From a virus, in the IMG/VR virus record IMGVR_UViG_3300032322_001517, positions 32,001-96,000 of that record: a stretch of DNA of 64,000 bases. One strand, written 5' to 3'. Numbering within the stretch: the first letter of the stretch is position 1; every line of letters starts with the position of its first letter. Shown here in pieces: positions 8,664 through 16,355 of the stretch. The position numbers and the translations under genes are program-made. The notes under the pieces are model-generated. The model was not told the DNA's origin. It ran no database searches and saw only the letters and a program-made list of their open reading frames with translations.

Positions 8664-8837
8664 TCAGACATTATTATTTAGTAACATCTTTGATTCGTTA
8701 ATTTCTTTTAGATGTTCTTTCTTCAACTCACGCTCACGAAAGTCCAAACAAACACAACAACGACAACGCATGAGCTTGTATTTTTTGCCCTTCATATTAA
8801 CGTTACCAGCGTGATTTGCAACAGGACTTTTTGGCAT
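8664..8837 (-). CDS. small Cys-rich hypothetical protein (57 aa)
   Basis: hand translation MPKSPVANHAG...MRCRCCVCLDFRE; GAGGT RBS. Confidence 0.55.
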   Translation of the reverse strand: MPKSPVANHAGNVNMKGKKYKLMRCRCCVCLDFRERELKKEHLKEINESKMLLNNNV

Positions 8838-8848
8838 ATGATTACCTC

Positions 8849-8980
8849 TTAGAGATCATACAGAAGTCTTGCACCATAGTGTTGCAAAGCATCTGCGAAA
8901 AGAACAGCGTCGTAGTAAGATAGAAACTCCTGAACGAGATCACCAGTAACATCGTCAGGAATGACAACGATCCAACTCAT
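8849..8980 (-). CDS. small hypothetical protein (43 aa)
   Basis: hand translation MSWIVVIPDDVTGDLVQEF...; AAGGAAG RBS. Confidence 0.5.
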   Translation of the reverse strand: MSWIVVIPDDVTGDLVQEFLSYYDAVLFADALQHYGARLLYDL

Positions 8981-8998
8981 ATTCACTTCCTTTTGTTA

Positions 8999-9076
8999 TG
9001 GAGGGGAAAACGAGACTCGAACTCGCATTCGTAGGTTTTGCAGACCCTGCCGTAACCAATTCCGGCGCACTTCCCC
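8999..9076 (-). tRNA. tRNA-Cys(GCA)
   Basis: loop CT-GCA-AA, U73. Confidence 0.85.
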
Positions 9077-9090
9077 TTATACATATTTAT

Positions 9091-9166
9091 TGGCTGGGGA
9101 TCAAGGACTCGAACCTCGGACATCCAGAGTCAGAGTCTGGCGTTCTACCAACTGAACTAATCCCCA
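9091..9166 (-). tRNA. tRNA-Gln(CTG)
   Basis: CCAGA-CT CTG AC-TCTGG, U1-A72. Confidence 0.92.
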
Positions 9167-9170
9167 ATAA

Positions 9171-9246
9171 TGGCGCAACTAACGAGTATCGATCTCGCCA
9201 AACCTGGATTGACAGTCCAGTGGGTTCACCTGCTCCCTCTAGTTGC
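9171..9246 (-). tRNA. tRNA-Asp(GTC), atypical T loop
   Basis: CTGGA-CT GTC AA-TCCAG; T loop ATCGATA. Confidence 0.8.
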
Positions 9247-9251
9247 ATTAA

Positions 9252-9328
9252 TGGTTGCGAGAGGTTGGACTTGCACCAACGGTCTCCAGTTTATGAGACT
9301 GGCGAGATAGCTACTTCTCTACTCCGCA
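9252..9328 (-). tRNA. tRNA-Met(CAT), initiator-like body
   Basis: TGCGGAG start, CCAGT-CT CAT AA-ACTGG. Confidence 0.8.
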
Positions 9329-9338
9329 ATAAATCTGT

Positions 9339-9440
9339 GGTGGGTTAATTGAGGTCCACCCACCTAAAACCTATCACCTTTGCATTATACCCACGCAGCG
9401 TGGACGACGCCTACCTATCGTCCGGTGACCCGACATTTCA
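9339..9440 (-). ncRNA. candidate structured ncRNA between tRNAs
   Basis: GC-rich spacer with GGACGAT/GTCGTCC and GGTGGGT/ACCCACC stems. Confidence 0.4.
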
Positions 9441-9444
9441 GTTC

Positions 9445-9520
9445 TGGTGCTGCTGGAGAGAATCGAACTCCCGACCTGATCATTACAAGTGAACTGCTCT
9501 ACCAACTGAGCTACAACAGC
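9445..9520 (-). tRNA. tRNA-Thr(TGT)
   Basis: loop CT-TGT-AA, canonical D and T arms. Confidence 0.92.
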
Positions 9521-9527
9521 AAATCGT

Positions 9528-10124
9528 TTAAATATTATTGAATGATCGAGGAGCAACCTGACCGCCAGAAGCCTGACCATCCGGATAAAGATCAACTCCA
9601 CGTGCTACATCAACACAATTAGAAATCTCTGTGAGAGTCCTAGAAGAACCAGTCAAATCGATTTCTGCATTCTGAATTGAACCAGGCATCACAAAGAATA
9701 CCCTCGAGTTATTAGCGAACAATGGAATGAACTGTTCCTTGATAATATTTCGAATAACGATAGTGTTCTTATTGACTAGGCGATACTCAAAATTCAAACC
9801 AGAAATCTGACCAGAACGATTATGGAAATTCATACGCATACGGTAATTACCCGGAGGATCTGAAATATTCCATGTGTTATTACGCAAGAAGATATAAAGT
9901 TCACCATCAGCAAGATCACGGATCAACTGAAAACGAGAACCATCTCGCCAATTGATTTCTGCGTAACATGCAGGGTTATCATTCTTTTCAACGTTAGCAG
10001 TCACACCATAAACATAGTATGGACCTGGACGAACGTCAACATTAAAAAACTGTTGAGATGCTGCAAAAGCTGAACTCGTGAAAAGCATCGCAGCAAGTGT
10101 TCCACTAATAATCTTCTTCATCAT
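9528..10124 (-). CDS. secreted/periplasmic hypothetical protein
   Basis: signal peptide MMKKIISGTLAAMLFTSSAFA; start revised from 10211 to 10124 (AAGGTG RBS). Confidence 0.7.
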   Translation of the reverse strand: MMKKIISGTLAAMLFTSSAFAASQQFFNVDVRPGPYYVYGVTANVEKNDNPACYAEINWRDGSRFQLIRDLADGELYIFLRNNTWNISDPPGNYRMRMNFHNRSGQISGLNFEYRLVNKNTIVIRNIIKEQFIPLFANNSRVFFVMPGSIQNAEIDLTGSSRTLTEISNCVDVARGVDLYPDGQASGGQVAPRSFNNI

Positions 10125-10155
10125 TTTATTCACCTTTGCAGTAGTTAAAAGATAT

Positions 10156-10272
10156 GGGCTAACCGTGGACCCACGCGAGCTTATTACGTAGCCACCCGAA
10201 GAGCTTGACACGCTATCGCCAACGACAGTCGATAGTAACGGACGATTTGAGTCGCTGTGTTGCCCGTGTCAA
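10156..10272 (-). ncRNA. candidate structured ncRNA / leader
   Basis: TTGACACG/CGTGTCAA, CTATCG/CGATAG, GGCTA/TAGCC and CGTGG/CCACG stems. Confidence 0.45.
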
Positions 10273-10274
10273 CT

Positions 10275-10350
10275 TGGTGGAGACATGCGGGATCGAACCG
10301 CAGACCTGAAGCTTGCAAAGCTACCGCTCTCCCAACTGAGCTATGTCCCC
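10275..10350 (-). tRNA. tRNA-Ala(TGC)
   Basis: GGGG start, G3-U70, loop TT-TGC-AA. Confidence 0.93.
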
Positions 10351-10354
10351 AATA

Positions 10355-10429
10355 TGGTAGTCCGTGACAGGGTTGAACTGCCGACCTTCTCCGTGTAAAG
10401 GAGTTGCTCTTCCACTGAGCTAACGGACC
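10355..10429 (-). tRNA. tRNA-Val(TAC)
   Basis: loop TT-TAC-AC. Confidence 0.9.
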
Positions 10430-10433
10430 AAAC

Positions 10434-10510
10434 TGGCTCGCATGGTAGGATTCGAACCTACAGTGGCCTGATTAACAGTCAGGTCCCGATACCAATTCGG
10501 GTTCATGCGA
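10434..10510 (-). tRNA. tRNA-Asn(GTT)
   Basis: CCTGA-CT GTT AA-TCAGG, U1-A72, G73. Confidence 0.88.
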
Positions 10511-10528
10511 ATGAACTTTATATTACTT

Positions 10529-10557
10529 ATATTACTCTAGACCGGAATTAAAGTCAA
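10529..10557 (-). promoter_or_regulatory. phage early promoter (conserved family)
   Basis: TTGACT-TTAATTCCGG..(17 bp)-TAATAT, nearly identical to 5691-5719. Confidence 0.75.
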
Positions 10558-12077
10558 TAATGTATTTTATTCCCAACAACCAACATATCGATGCTTTTTG
10601 AAGCGAATTCTTTTTCAGCCGAAGATATCTTACTAGCTATTGGCTTCCCCGAAACATTAAGACTAGTATTCAGCAACGCTGGGCATTCAGTAATTTTATA
10701 AAACTCTTCTAATATAGATCTCAAAGCAGTACCATTTTTAGAAACTGTTTGAACTCTACATGTACCATCAACATGAGTTACCGATGGAACCGATATCTTA
10801 GGTACTCCGACATATAGCATATATGGATTTTCATACATTAACCCAAAGCTATCTTTATGTTCTTCTAAAACAGAAGCACCAAATGGTCTGAAATATTCTC
10901 TATTCTTTATCTGATTGATAATATCTTTACCATTGGTAACTCTAGGATCAAAGAGTATAGATCTATTACCTAATGCTCTTGGACCTATTTCACCATTGCC
11001 TTGATAAAGAGCTACGACTGCACCATCAGCTAAATGTTTAGCAACTATTTTTGCATTTTCCATACTTAGAAAGTCTTTAGGAGCCTCATCAGTTGTGCTA
11101 AATGGGAAATTCTTCAACTTCATTTTAGGAAGATTGTATTTTCTCCTAAGCATTTCCATTGCACCAATAGATAAACCTTCATCTCCGCAATACGGAACTA
11201 CAACAAGATTAGGATATTTGTTTTTTAATAAAGTATTCCATATAACATTCTGCGCTACACCACCAGAATAACCTACACGATCATTTGGGGATACAAATTT
11301 ATCAAACAACTCTAAAACGATTTCCCCTGTTCTTTCGTGAACAGTTCGAACCCAATTTAATTTTTGTTGTTTCGATAAACTTTGGGTGTTTAGAAAATTT
11401 AAATAATTATCCATATTAAAGAGAGTGTCGCCACCAGATACCCTCTTTCTATAAAGAGCATTTACATTGTAAATATTATATTTTTGTAATACTTCAAGGT
11501 ATTCATAATCTATGTTACCGTAAGATTGTAAACCCATCAATTTTCCAGGTCTGTCGATAGGTCTTCCGGTATTACTAAGTTCGTCAAAGAGATATGAAAT
11601 ATATGTTATGCCATGACCTATAGATCCATAATCTTGAACAATACCTTTAGTTATTAATTCATCACCAAAGTATACATGCCAACAATCATTAACTAATCTA
11701 TCAGCAGAATCTCTGTACTGAGGTCCAGATCCATCTAACACAATATTTTTATCTACGTCATGCATAAAACAAACGCTCAATGCGTGAGCTAGATGATGAT
11801 TGATAGATGTTATGTTTTTATTGACGCCTGTATCAAGTAATAATTGATAGAGTAAACTGTCAACGACAACGATTTCATCCATATTTTGGAAAGATGTATT
11901 CCAGTATTTGGAAAAAATGCTATTAAAAAATGTTACACAAAGGTCAACATTAATCTTTTTAAGGCCAAAATGTTTAGAATCTAAAATTCTTTCCAACTTT
12001 AGATAATGTGTATTATCGCCATCAAAATAAGTAATATTTGTGTCGTGAGAATAACCACCAATAGATAATAATTTCAT
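10554..12077 (-). CDS. carbamoyltransferase (NodU/CmcH family)
   Basis: HDT, HHLAHA, VLDGSG, GKLMGL, SGGVAQN, EIGPRALGNRSIL, HVDGTCRVQTV, LNTSLN. Confidence 0.93.
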   Translation of the reverse strand: MKLLSIGGYSHDTNITYFDGDNTHYLKLERILDSKHFGLKKINVDLCVTFFNSIFSKYWNTSFQNMDEIVVVDSLLYQLLLDTGVNKNITSINHHLAHALSVCFMHDVDKNIVLDGSGPQYRDSADRLVNDCWHVYFGDELITKGIVQDYGSIGHGITYISYLFDELSNTGRPIDRPGKLMGLQSYGNIDYEYLEVLQKYNIYNVNALYRKRVSGGDTLFNMDNYLNFLNTQSLSKQQKLNWVRTVHERTGEIVLELFDKFVSPNDRVGYSGGVAQNVIWNTLLKNKYPNLVVVPYCGDEGLSIGAMEMLRRKYNLPKMKLKNFPFSTTDEAPKDFLSMENAKIVAKHLADGAVVALYQGNGEIGPRALGNRSILFDPRVTNGKDIINQIKNREYFRPFGASVLEEHKDSFGLMYENPYMLYVGVPKISVPSVTHVDGTCRVQTVSKNGTALRSILEEFYKITECPALLNTSLNVSGKPIASKISSAEKEFASKSIDMLVVGNKIHY

Positions 12078-12106
12078 AAGTTATCCTATGTTTTTTATTA
12101 TTTATT

Positions 12107-12182
12107 TGGTAGACCGTGAGGGATTCGAACCCCCGTCAAGAGATTAAGAGTCTCCTGCTAAAACCAACTCAGCTAACGGTCC
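12107..12182 (-). tRNA. tRNA-Lys(CTT)
   Basis: GGAGA-CT CTT AA-TCTCT. Confidence 0.88.
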
Positions 12183-12187
12183 GTGTT

Positions 12188-12265
12188 TGGTCCTCTGTAT
12201 CGGATTTGAACCGATGCTCTCCGCGCTTGAAAGGCGGGTATGTTTGACCGCTACACCAACAGAGG
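12188..12265 (-). tRNA. tRNA-Glu(TTC)
   Basis: loop CT-TTC-AA, GGTTCAAATCC. Confidence 0.85.
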
Positions 12266-12317
12266 AAATTCTAAGACCCGTAACTTGATGAGGCGCCAGC
12301 GGAGTCACGGGCGCAAA

Positions 12318-12391
12318 TGGTGCTTCTGGATGGTATCGATCCAACGTCTCTCGATTATCAGTCGAGTGCTCTACCTTTGAGCTACAGAAGC
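12318..12391 (-). tRNA. tRNA-Ile(GAT)
   Basis: CTCGA-CT GAT AA-TCGAG. Confidence 0.88.
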
Positions 12392-12392
12392 A

Positions 12393-12468
12393 TGGTGCTT
12401 CGCCACGGAATCGAACCGCATCCTCTGGTTCTTCAGACCAGCGTACGCACCAGCTATACCAGCGAAGC
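12393..12468 (-). tRNA. tRNA-Phe(GAA)
   Basis: CTGGT-CT GAA GA-ACCAG. Confidence 0.88.
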
Positions 12469-12473
12469 ATTAA

Positions 12474-12556
12474 TGGAGGACTGGGTGGGACTCGAACCCA
12501 CGATGTTGTATAGCAGATTAAAAGTCTGCGCCGTTCGCCACTACGGTAACCAGTCC
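12474..12556 (-). tRNA. tRNA-Lys(TTT) with enlarged variable loop
   Basis: GCAGA-CT TTT AA-TCTGC; 11-nt variable region. Confidence 0.82.
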
Positions 12557-12627
12557 AATTTATGTGGCTTACGACTTAACACAGACTACATCCATCGACT
12601 TTCGTCTTTGGCTATACACATCAATCT

Positions 12628-12703
12628 TGGCTCGGGGTGATGGGCTCGAACCACCAACACACAGATTCAAAGTCTGTAGTTCTACCAATTGAACTAACCC
12701 CGA
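12628..12703 (-). tRNA. tRNA-Gln(TTG)
   Basis: ACAGA-CT TTG AA-TCTGT. Confidence 0.92.
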
Positions 12704-12705
12704 AT

Positions 12706-12868
12706 GTTGTTTCTACATAAACACTACATGTAGCCTAATTTTGGAGTCGGTTGCAGCCGTCCTTAGCTTCTGGCTCTGGTTATATCAGGACTGGAAAGAA
12801 GCCTTACCAGCCCGCCTAGATCGTGCGTCCACGAACGCTACCCAGTGCAGTGTTTATGAAGAAACAAC
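12706..12868 (-). ncRNA. candidate ~163-nt structured ncRNA at head of tRNA operon
   Basis: 19/20-bp closing inverted repeat with internal hairpins, directly downstream of an early promoter. Confidence 0.6.
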
Positions 12869-12919
12869 CTTTCGATTGTTTCTAATTTCTAACGATATCA
12901 AACAGCAACTTATATTCTT

Positions 12920-12948
12920 ATCTTACTTTATGCCGGAATAAAAATCAA
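12920..12948 (-). promoter_or_regulatory. phage early promoter (conserved family)
   Basis: TTGATT-TTTATTCCGG..(17 bp)-TAAGAT. Confidence 0.7.
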
Positions 12949-12952
12949 GCAT

Positions 12953-12984
12953 AAAAAAAAGCGGGACTTTTTATGGTCCCGCTT
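12953..12984 (-). terminator. Rho-independent terminator
   Basis: GCGGGAC/GTCCCGC hairpin followed by T8. Confidence 0.85.
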
Positions 12985-13005
12985 GAGTAACCTTATTCAG
13001 GAAAC

Positions 13006-13272
13006 TTAAACGAGACCCATCGCCTTGGCTTTATAACCAGCAGCGATAAGTTCACGCGATGGAGTACCAAAACGGTACTTTTGCGTGACGCGACCTTTAC
13101 TATCTACATGACGATTGAGATAGATCGGGTAGCCGTCCATACGGAGCTGATAAACAGCATCATGCGGATTGGCAACATTATAACGTGCAGCAATCTGCTT
13201 GGCAGTGAGCTGTTCGCCGTTGACGACGAGAGCCTCATATACACGATCAACCTTGGTATTAGACATCAACAT
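13006..13272 (-). CDS. small winged-helix/HTH DNA-binding protein
   Basis: LTAKQIAARYNVANPHDAVYQLR.DGYPIY. Confidence 0.75.
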   Translation of the reverse strand: MLMSNTKVDRVYEALVVNGEQLTAKQIAARYNVANPHDAVYQLRMDGYPIYLNRHVDSKGRVTQKYRFGTPSRELIAAGYKAKAMGLV

Positions 13273-13297
13273 TCTCCTAAAGTTACATTATTTAGTC

Positions 13298-13326
13298 ATT
13301 ATAAAGCATGCCGGAATAAAAATCAA
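13298..13326 (-). promoter_or_regulatory. phage early promoter (conserved family)
   Basis: TTGATT-TTTATTCCGG..(17 bp)-TATAAT. Confidence 0.75.
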
Positions 13327-13337
13327 TAAGTTTTTTA

Positions 13338-13748
13338 TCACCGACGACTCTTAGTTCCAACAGTAGCCATATCAGTTTCGGGAGTAGCATACTGCAAACC
13401 ACCCTTATTGAACAATGGCATCACACGACTCGCCTTATCGAGGATTTCCTTGCGGACATGCTCGGGCTCTTTATGAAGGTTGGTCATTACACCGCGTTTC
13501 ACAGTAGAAGACGCATCACCTGACAACCCAGCTGAAACGTAGTCGCTTCGATCAACTTTCATACTATCAGTATACTTCTGTTTCCAATTTTTGTCAAGCG
13601 TTTTTTTCTTGGCGATTTGACCAGGAAGAAGACCTTTCTCAAGAAGCCACTGCTCGTGCTTTGTCGTAGCAGCAGACTTTGCCTTGAGTTTAGAACTACG
13701 CTTGGTGTTATTGGTAGTGAAGTAAGCAGGTAGAATAGGCATAGTCAA
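13338..13748 (-). CDS. conserved basic phage hypothetical protein
   Basis: PLFNKGGLQY motif. Confidence 0.7.
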   Translation of the reverse strand: MTMPILPAYFTTNNTKRSSKLKAKSAATTKHEQWLLEKGLLPGQIAKKKTLDKNWKQKYTDSMKVDRSDYVSAGLSGDASSTVKRGVMTNLHKEPEHVRKEILDKASRVMPLFNKGGLQYATPETDMATVGTKSRR

Positions 13749-13772
13749 CCTTTCGATTTATCCTATATCCTT

Positions 13773-13801
13773 ATATTACCTCTTGCCGGAATTAAAGTCA
13801 A
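13773..13801 (-). promoter_or_regulatory. phage early promoter (conserved family)
   Basis: TTGACT-TTAATTCCGG..(17 bp)-TAATAT. Confidence 0.75.
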
Positions 13802-13982
13802 CCTCTATTTGATCAAGCTTGACTATGAGCTCTTTGACGATTGGGTCGTATTGTGTTTCTTTGATATGGAAAAACTGTCGATAATTGTTGTATTGTTTTT
13901 CAGCCATCATCGTAAATCTAATATCCATCATTTGCTCTATTAGATTTACTATGGATTCAGAATGTTTCTCTTGCTTCAACAT
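13776..13982 (-). CDS. hypothetical protein
   Basis: 68-aa ORF in tightly packed run. Confidence 0.55.
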   Translation of the reverse strand: MLKQEKHSESIVNLIEQMMDIRFTMMAEKQYNNYRQFFHIKETQYDPIVKELIVKLDQIEVDFNSGKR

Positions 13983-14313
13983 CTTGATTATCCCCGTCGT
14001 CTACGATGATATACTTTGCTTCATTATCTAATTGTGCATATGCTTCAAGTAACCTTCTAGCATCGTTCAATCTATCTACTACTTTACTGATAGTTTTTCG
14101 AGCAACAGGGTCGTTATGACCTTCTTCTAAATCCATTAAGACTGCATCTAAGTTAGAATCTACAGAATAGTCTATATGGAATTTTACCTTAGTTCCGTCG
14201 TTGCCCATTTCTTCTTTTAATTCTAACGGCGGAAACAATATCTTTTTAATCTGCTCTAGCTTTTCGTCTGCTGGAGTTTCTACTTTCTTTTCAATTTTCC
14301 ACGGAAATCTCAT
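13957..14313 (-). CDS. hypothetical protein
   Basis: TAATG-coupled to upstream ORF; start revised from 14322. Confidence 0.65.
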   Translation of the reverse strand: MRFPWKIEKKVETPADEKLEQIKKILFPPLELKEEMGNDGTKVKFHIDYSVDSNLDAVLMDLEEGHNDPVARKTISKVVDRLNDARRLLEAYAQLDNEAKYIIVDDGDNQDVEARETF

Positions 14314-14504
14314 TACGAACAATACTCCCTAGCACTTTTCCAACATTCACATTTTTCACATTGTAACAAAGGACTTTCCGAATCGCATCTCTGTTGTTCG
14401 GAAAGATGCCTATATGTTTTATACTTTTTAAGTTCGCGCTTGTTTTGTTTTAAAGTTTTTCTGAGTTCGTTTATTTCTCTTTGAACGTCAGCGCAAGTTT
14501 TCAC
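14313..14504 (-). CDS. small Cys-containing hypothetical protein
   Basis: CEKCECWK; overlaps regA stop. Confidence 0.55.
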   Translation of the reverse strand: MKTCADVQREINELRKTLKQNKRELKKYKTYRHLSEQQRCDSESPLLQCEKCECWKSAREYCS

Positions 14505-14902
14505 TTCTTTTTACGTCCCATATTGTACTTAGCTTCAAGCGTCCAATCATTCTTTTCTTTATGGTTGATAATCTTAATCTGACTCATAGAAGCTAGAGGT
14601 TCCTTAATCCGATCAGATTCAACGATCTTTAACAGACCCCAATCTTGAAGAAGTTCAGCTATCTTATTTCTGCGACCCTTGTCTTCTTCAGAAAAATTAG
14701 ATGGCTTACCATCGATAGCAAACATTTCTTTAAAGTGCACGATATAATACTTGCCTTGCTTGTGAAAAATATGACAAGATTGGTAGAGCTTTTTTTCTTT
14801 GCGAGAAGCAACGCCTATGCGAGTTAGAGTTTCTTTAATTTTTAGAAAGTCTTCTTCTTCAGCGATCCTCACCTCAATTAAGTTATCTAGCATTTCATTC
14901 AT
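14501..14902 (-). CDS. regA: translational repressor RegA
   Basis: DFLKIKETLTRIGVASRKEKKLYQSCHIFHKQGKYYIVHFKE. Confidence 0.97.
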   Translation of the reverse strand: MNEMLDNLIEVRIAEEEDFLKIKETLTRIGVASRKEKKLYQSCHIFHKQGKYYIVHFKEMFAIDGKPSNFSEEDKGRRNKIAELLQDWGLLKIVESDRIKEPLASMSQIKIINHKEKNDWTLEAKYNMGRKKK

Positions 14903-14903
14903 T

Positions 14904-15374
14904 TCATCCGCCTTTTATTTTCTTTTTTATATATTCCAATTGATCCTTAGTGAGGATCTTTCTAGCTGCCTTTGCTTTGGCAATATTGTATTTATAATAT
15001 TCTCGTATTAGGCGGAGTTCTTGCTGTTCTTTCTCGATTTCTCTTTCTTTTTCAATATCTTCTTTGGTTTTCTTTTTACCAAACCTCTTAACCTTTCTAA
15101 TCGAATGGAAAAGATAGTGATAGTGCATTTTGTCAGTAAGATGATAGTTAATATTCATCTCATTGGCAGCAAATATTGTATCAGAAAAATTAGAAAGGGA
15201 ACTATTGGTTCTCCATTGGTCGTACTTAAACTCTTGTACACCATCTAAACTCAACAGTTCTTTTCCATAATTGATTGAGTTCTCAAATCTCCAATCGTAC
15301 TTTGGTTTTACAACAACTTCTTGTTCTTTTTTTGCCTCTCTAGGCTGAAGAGTAACATCTAGAAACTGTTTCAT
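14904..15374 (-). CDS. 62: clamp loader small subunit gp62
   Basis: synteny 45-44-62-regA; NSSLSNFSDTIFAANEMN. Confidence 0.85.
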   Translation of the reverse strand: MKQFLDVTLQPREAKKEQEVVVKPKYDWRFENSINYGKELLSLDGVQEFKYDQWRTNSSLSNFSDTIFAANEMNINYHLTDKMHYHYLFHSIRKVKRFGKKKTKEDIEKEREIEKEQQELRLIREYYKYNIAKAKAARKILTKDQLEYIKKKIKGG

Positions 15375-16324
15375 ACCAACTCTGCTTCAAGCATAATTTC
15401 AGACAAAAATGCAGCGAAGTTGATTTCCGGATTGGCCGAAAACGCATTTTGATATTGATACTTTGCAATCAACATAATCAAAATGGGTAAAGTTCTCTTA
15501 GAAAAATACTCAGAAGCATTGTCATAAAATTCATTGTACAACTGATTGACATCTGTATCAATGTTATTCTTAACCCACTTTCTGATCTCAGTGAGATTCT
15601 TATCCTTCATCAAGGCGATAAGTTCCTTGATAGAAGTTTGCTGCATGTTAGCGAGAATACCAGAGTCGATTTTGCCTGTAGCTGAATACCGCTGAAGTTC
15701 ATTAAGAACACGACGCCAATCTGGAAAGTGCTTGTTGATTACTTCAGCAACAACAGCAGGATCAAACTCAATGGTTTCCTTCTTGAGGATGCACTGGACA
15801 CGCTTAAAGAACTGACCAGCGAGCTTGGCCATATCCTTCTTGCTGATCTTAAAGTCTACAACTGAGCAACGCGAATGAAGTGGATCGATGATGCGATTCT
15901 TAAAGTTACAGGTGAGGATGAATCCACAATTCTTGCTAAATTCCTCCATAAAATTTCGCAAAGCTGGCTGTGTTGAGTTTGCGTTAAGGTAATCTGCTTC
16001 GTCAAGGATAACGTACTTACGACCTCCAGAAAGAGATACACTGGACGCGAAGTTGAGAATTTCATTTCGCAGGGTATCGATATTACCATTCATAGATCCG
16101 TTAATTACAATATAGTCACATCCAAGTTGTTCAAGCATAGCTCTTGCTACTGTTGTTTTACCAACACCAGCGGATCCAGATAGGATAAGATTAGGGATAT
16201 TTTTTTGATCAACGAATCGTTGAAAAGTTGCTTTTAAATCAACAGGTAGGATAGTCTCTTCAATAGTTTTCGGACGATACTTTTCAACCCACAAAAAATC
16301 ATCAAGCATAGTATTCTCCATCAT
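15371..16324 (-). CDS. 44: clamp loader large subunit gp44
   Basis: LWVEKYRP, GSAGVGKTT, ILDEAD, SRC motif. Confidence 0.97.
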   Translation of the reverse strand: MMENTMLDDFLWVEKYRPKTIEETILPVDLKATFQRFVDQKNIPNLILSGSAGVGKTTVARAMLEQLGCDYIVINGSMNGNIDTLRNEILNFASSVSLSGGRKYVILDEADYLNANSTQPALRNFMEEFSKNCGFILTCNFKNRIIDPLHSRCSVVDFKISKKDMAKLAGQFFKRVQCILKKETIEFDPAVVAEVINKHFPDWRRVLNELQRYSATGKIDSGILANMQQTSIKELIALMKDKNLTEIRKWVKNNIDTDVNQLYNEFYDNASEYFSKRTLPILIMLIAKYQYQNAFSANPEINFAAFLSEIMLEAELV

Positions 16325-16355
16325 AAAAAAAGGGGAGCCTTATTTTAGCTCCCCT
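16325..16355 (-). terminator. Rho-independent terminator after gp45
   Basis: AGGGGAGC/GCTCCCCT hairpin plus T-tract. Confidence 0.75.

Noticed and set aside
12277-12311. Hammerhead resemblance (TTGATGAG on + strand)
   Set aside because: Core is not CUGANGA and there is no partner GAAA.
12562-12621. Pistol ribozyme resemblance (TTAAGTCGTAAGC)
   Set aside because: No P1 loop complementary to TCGTAA and the conserved GCG is absent.
4632-12941. ORF-track calls overlapping tRNAs or RNA elements (4632, 7095, 8961, 8998, 9374, 12144, 12317, 12741)
   Set aside because: Shadow frames of tRNA or structured RNA sequence.
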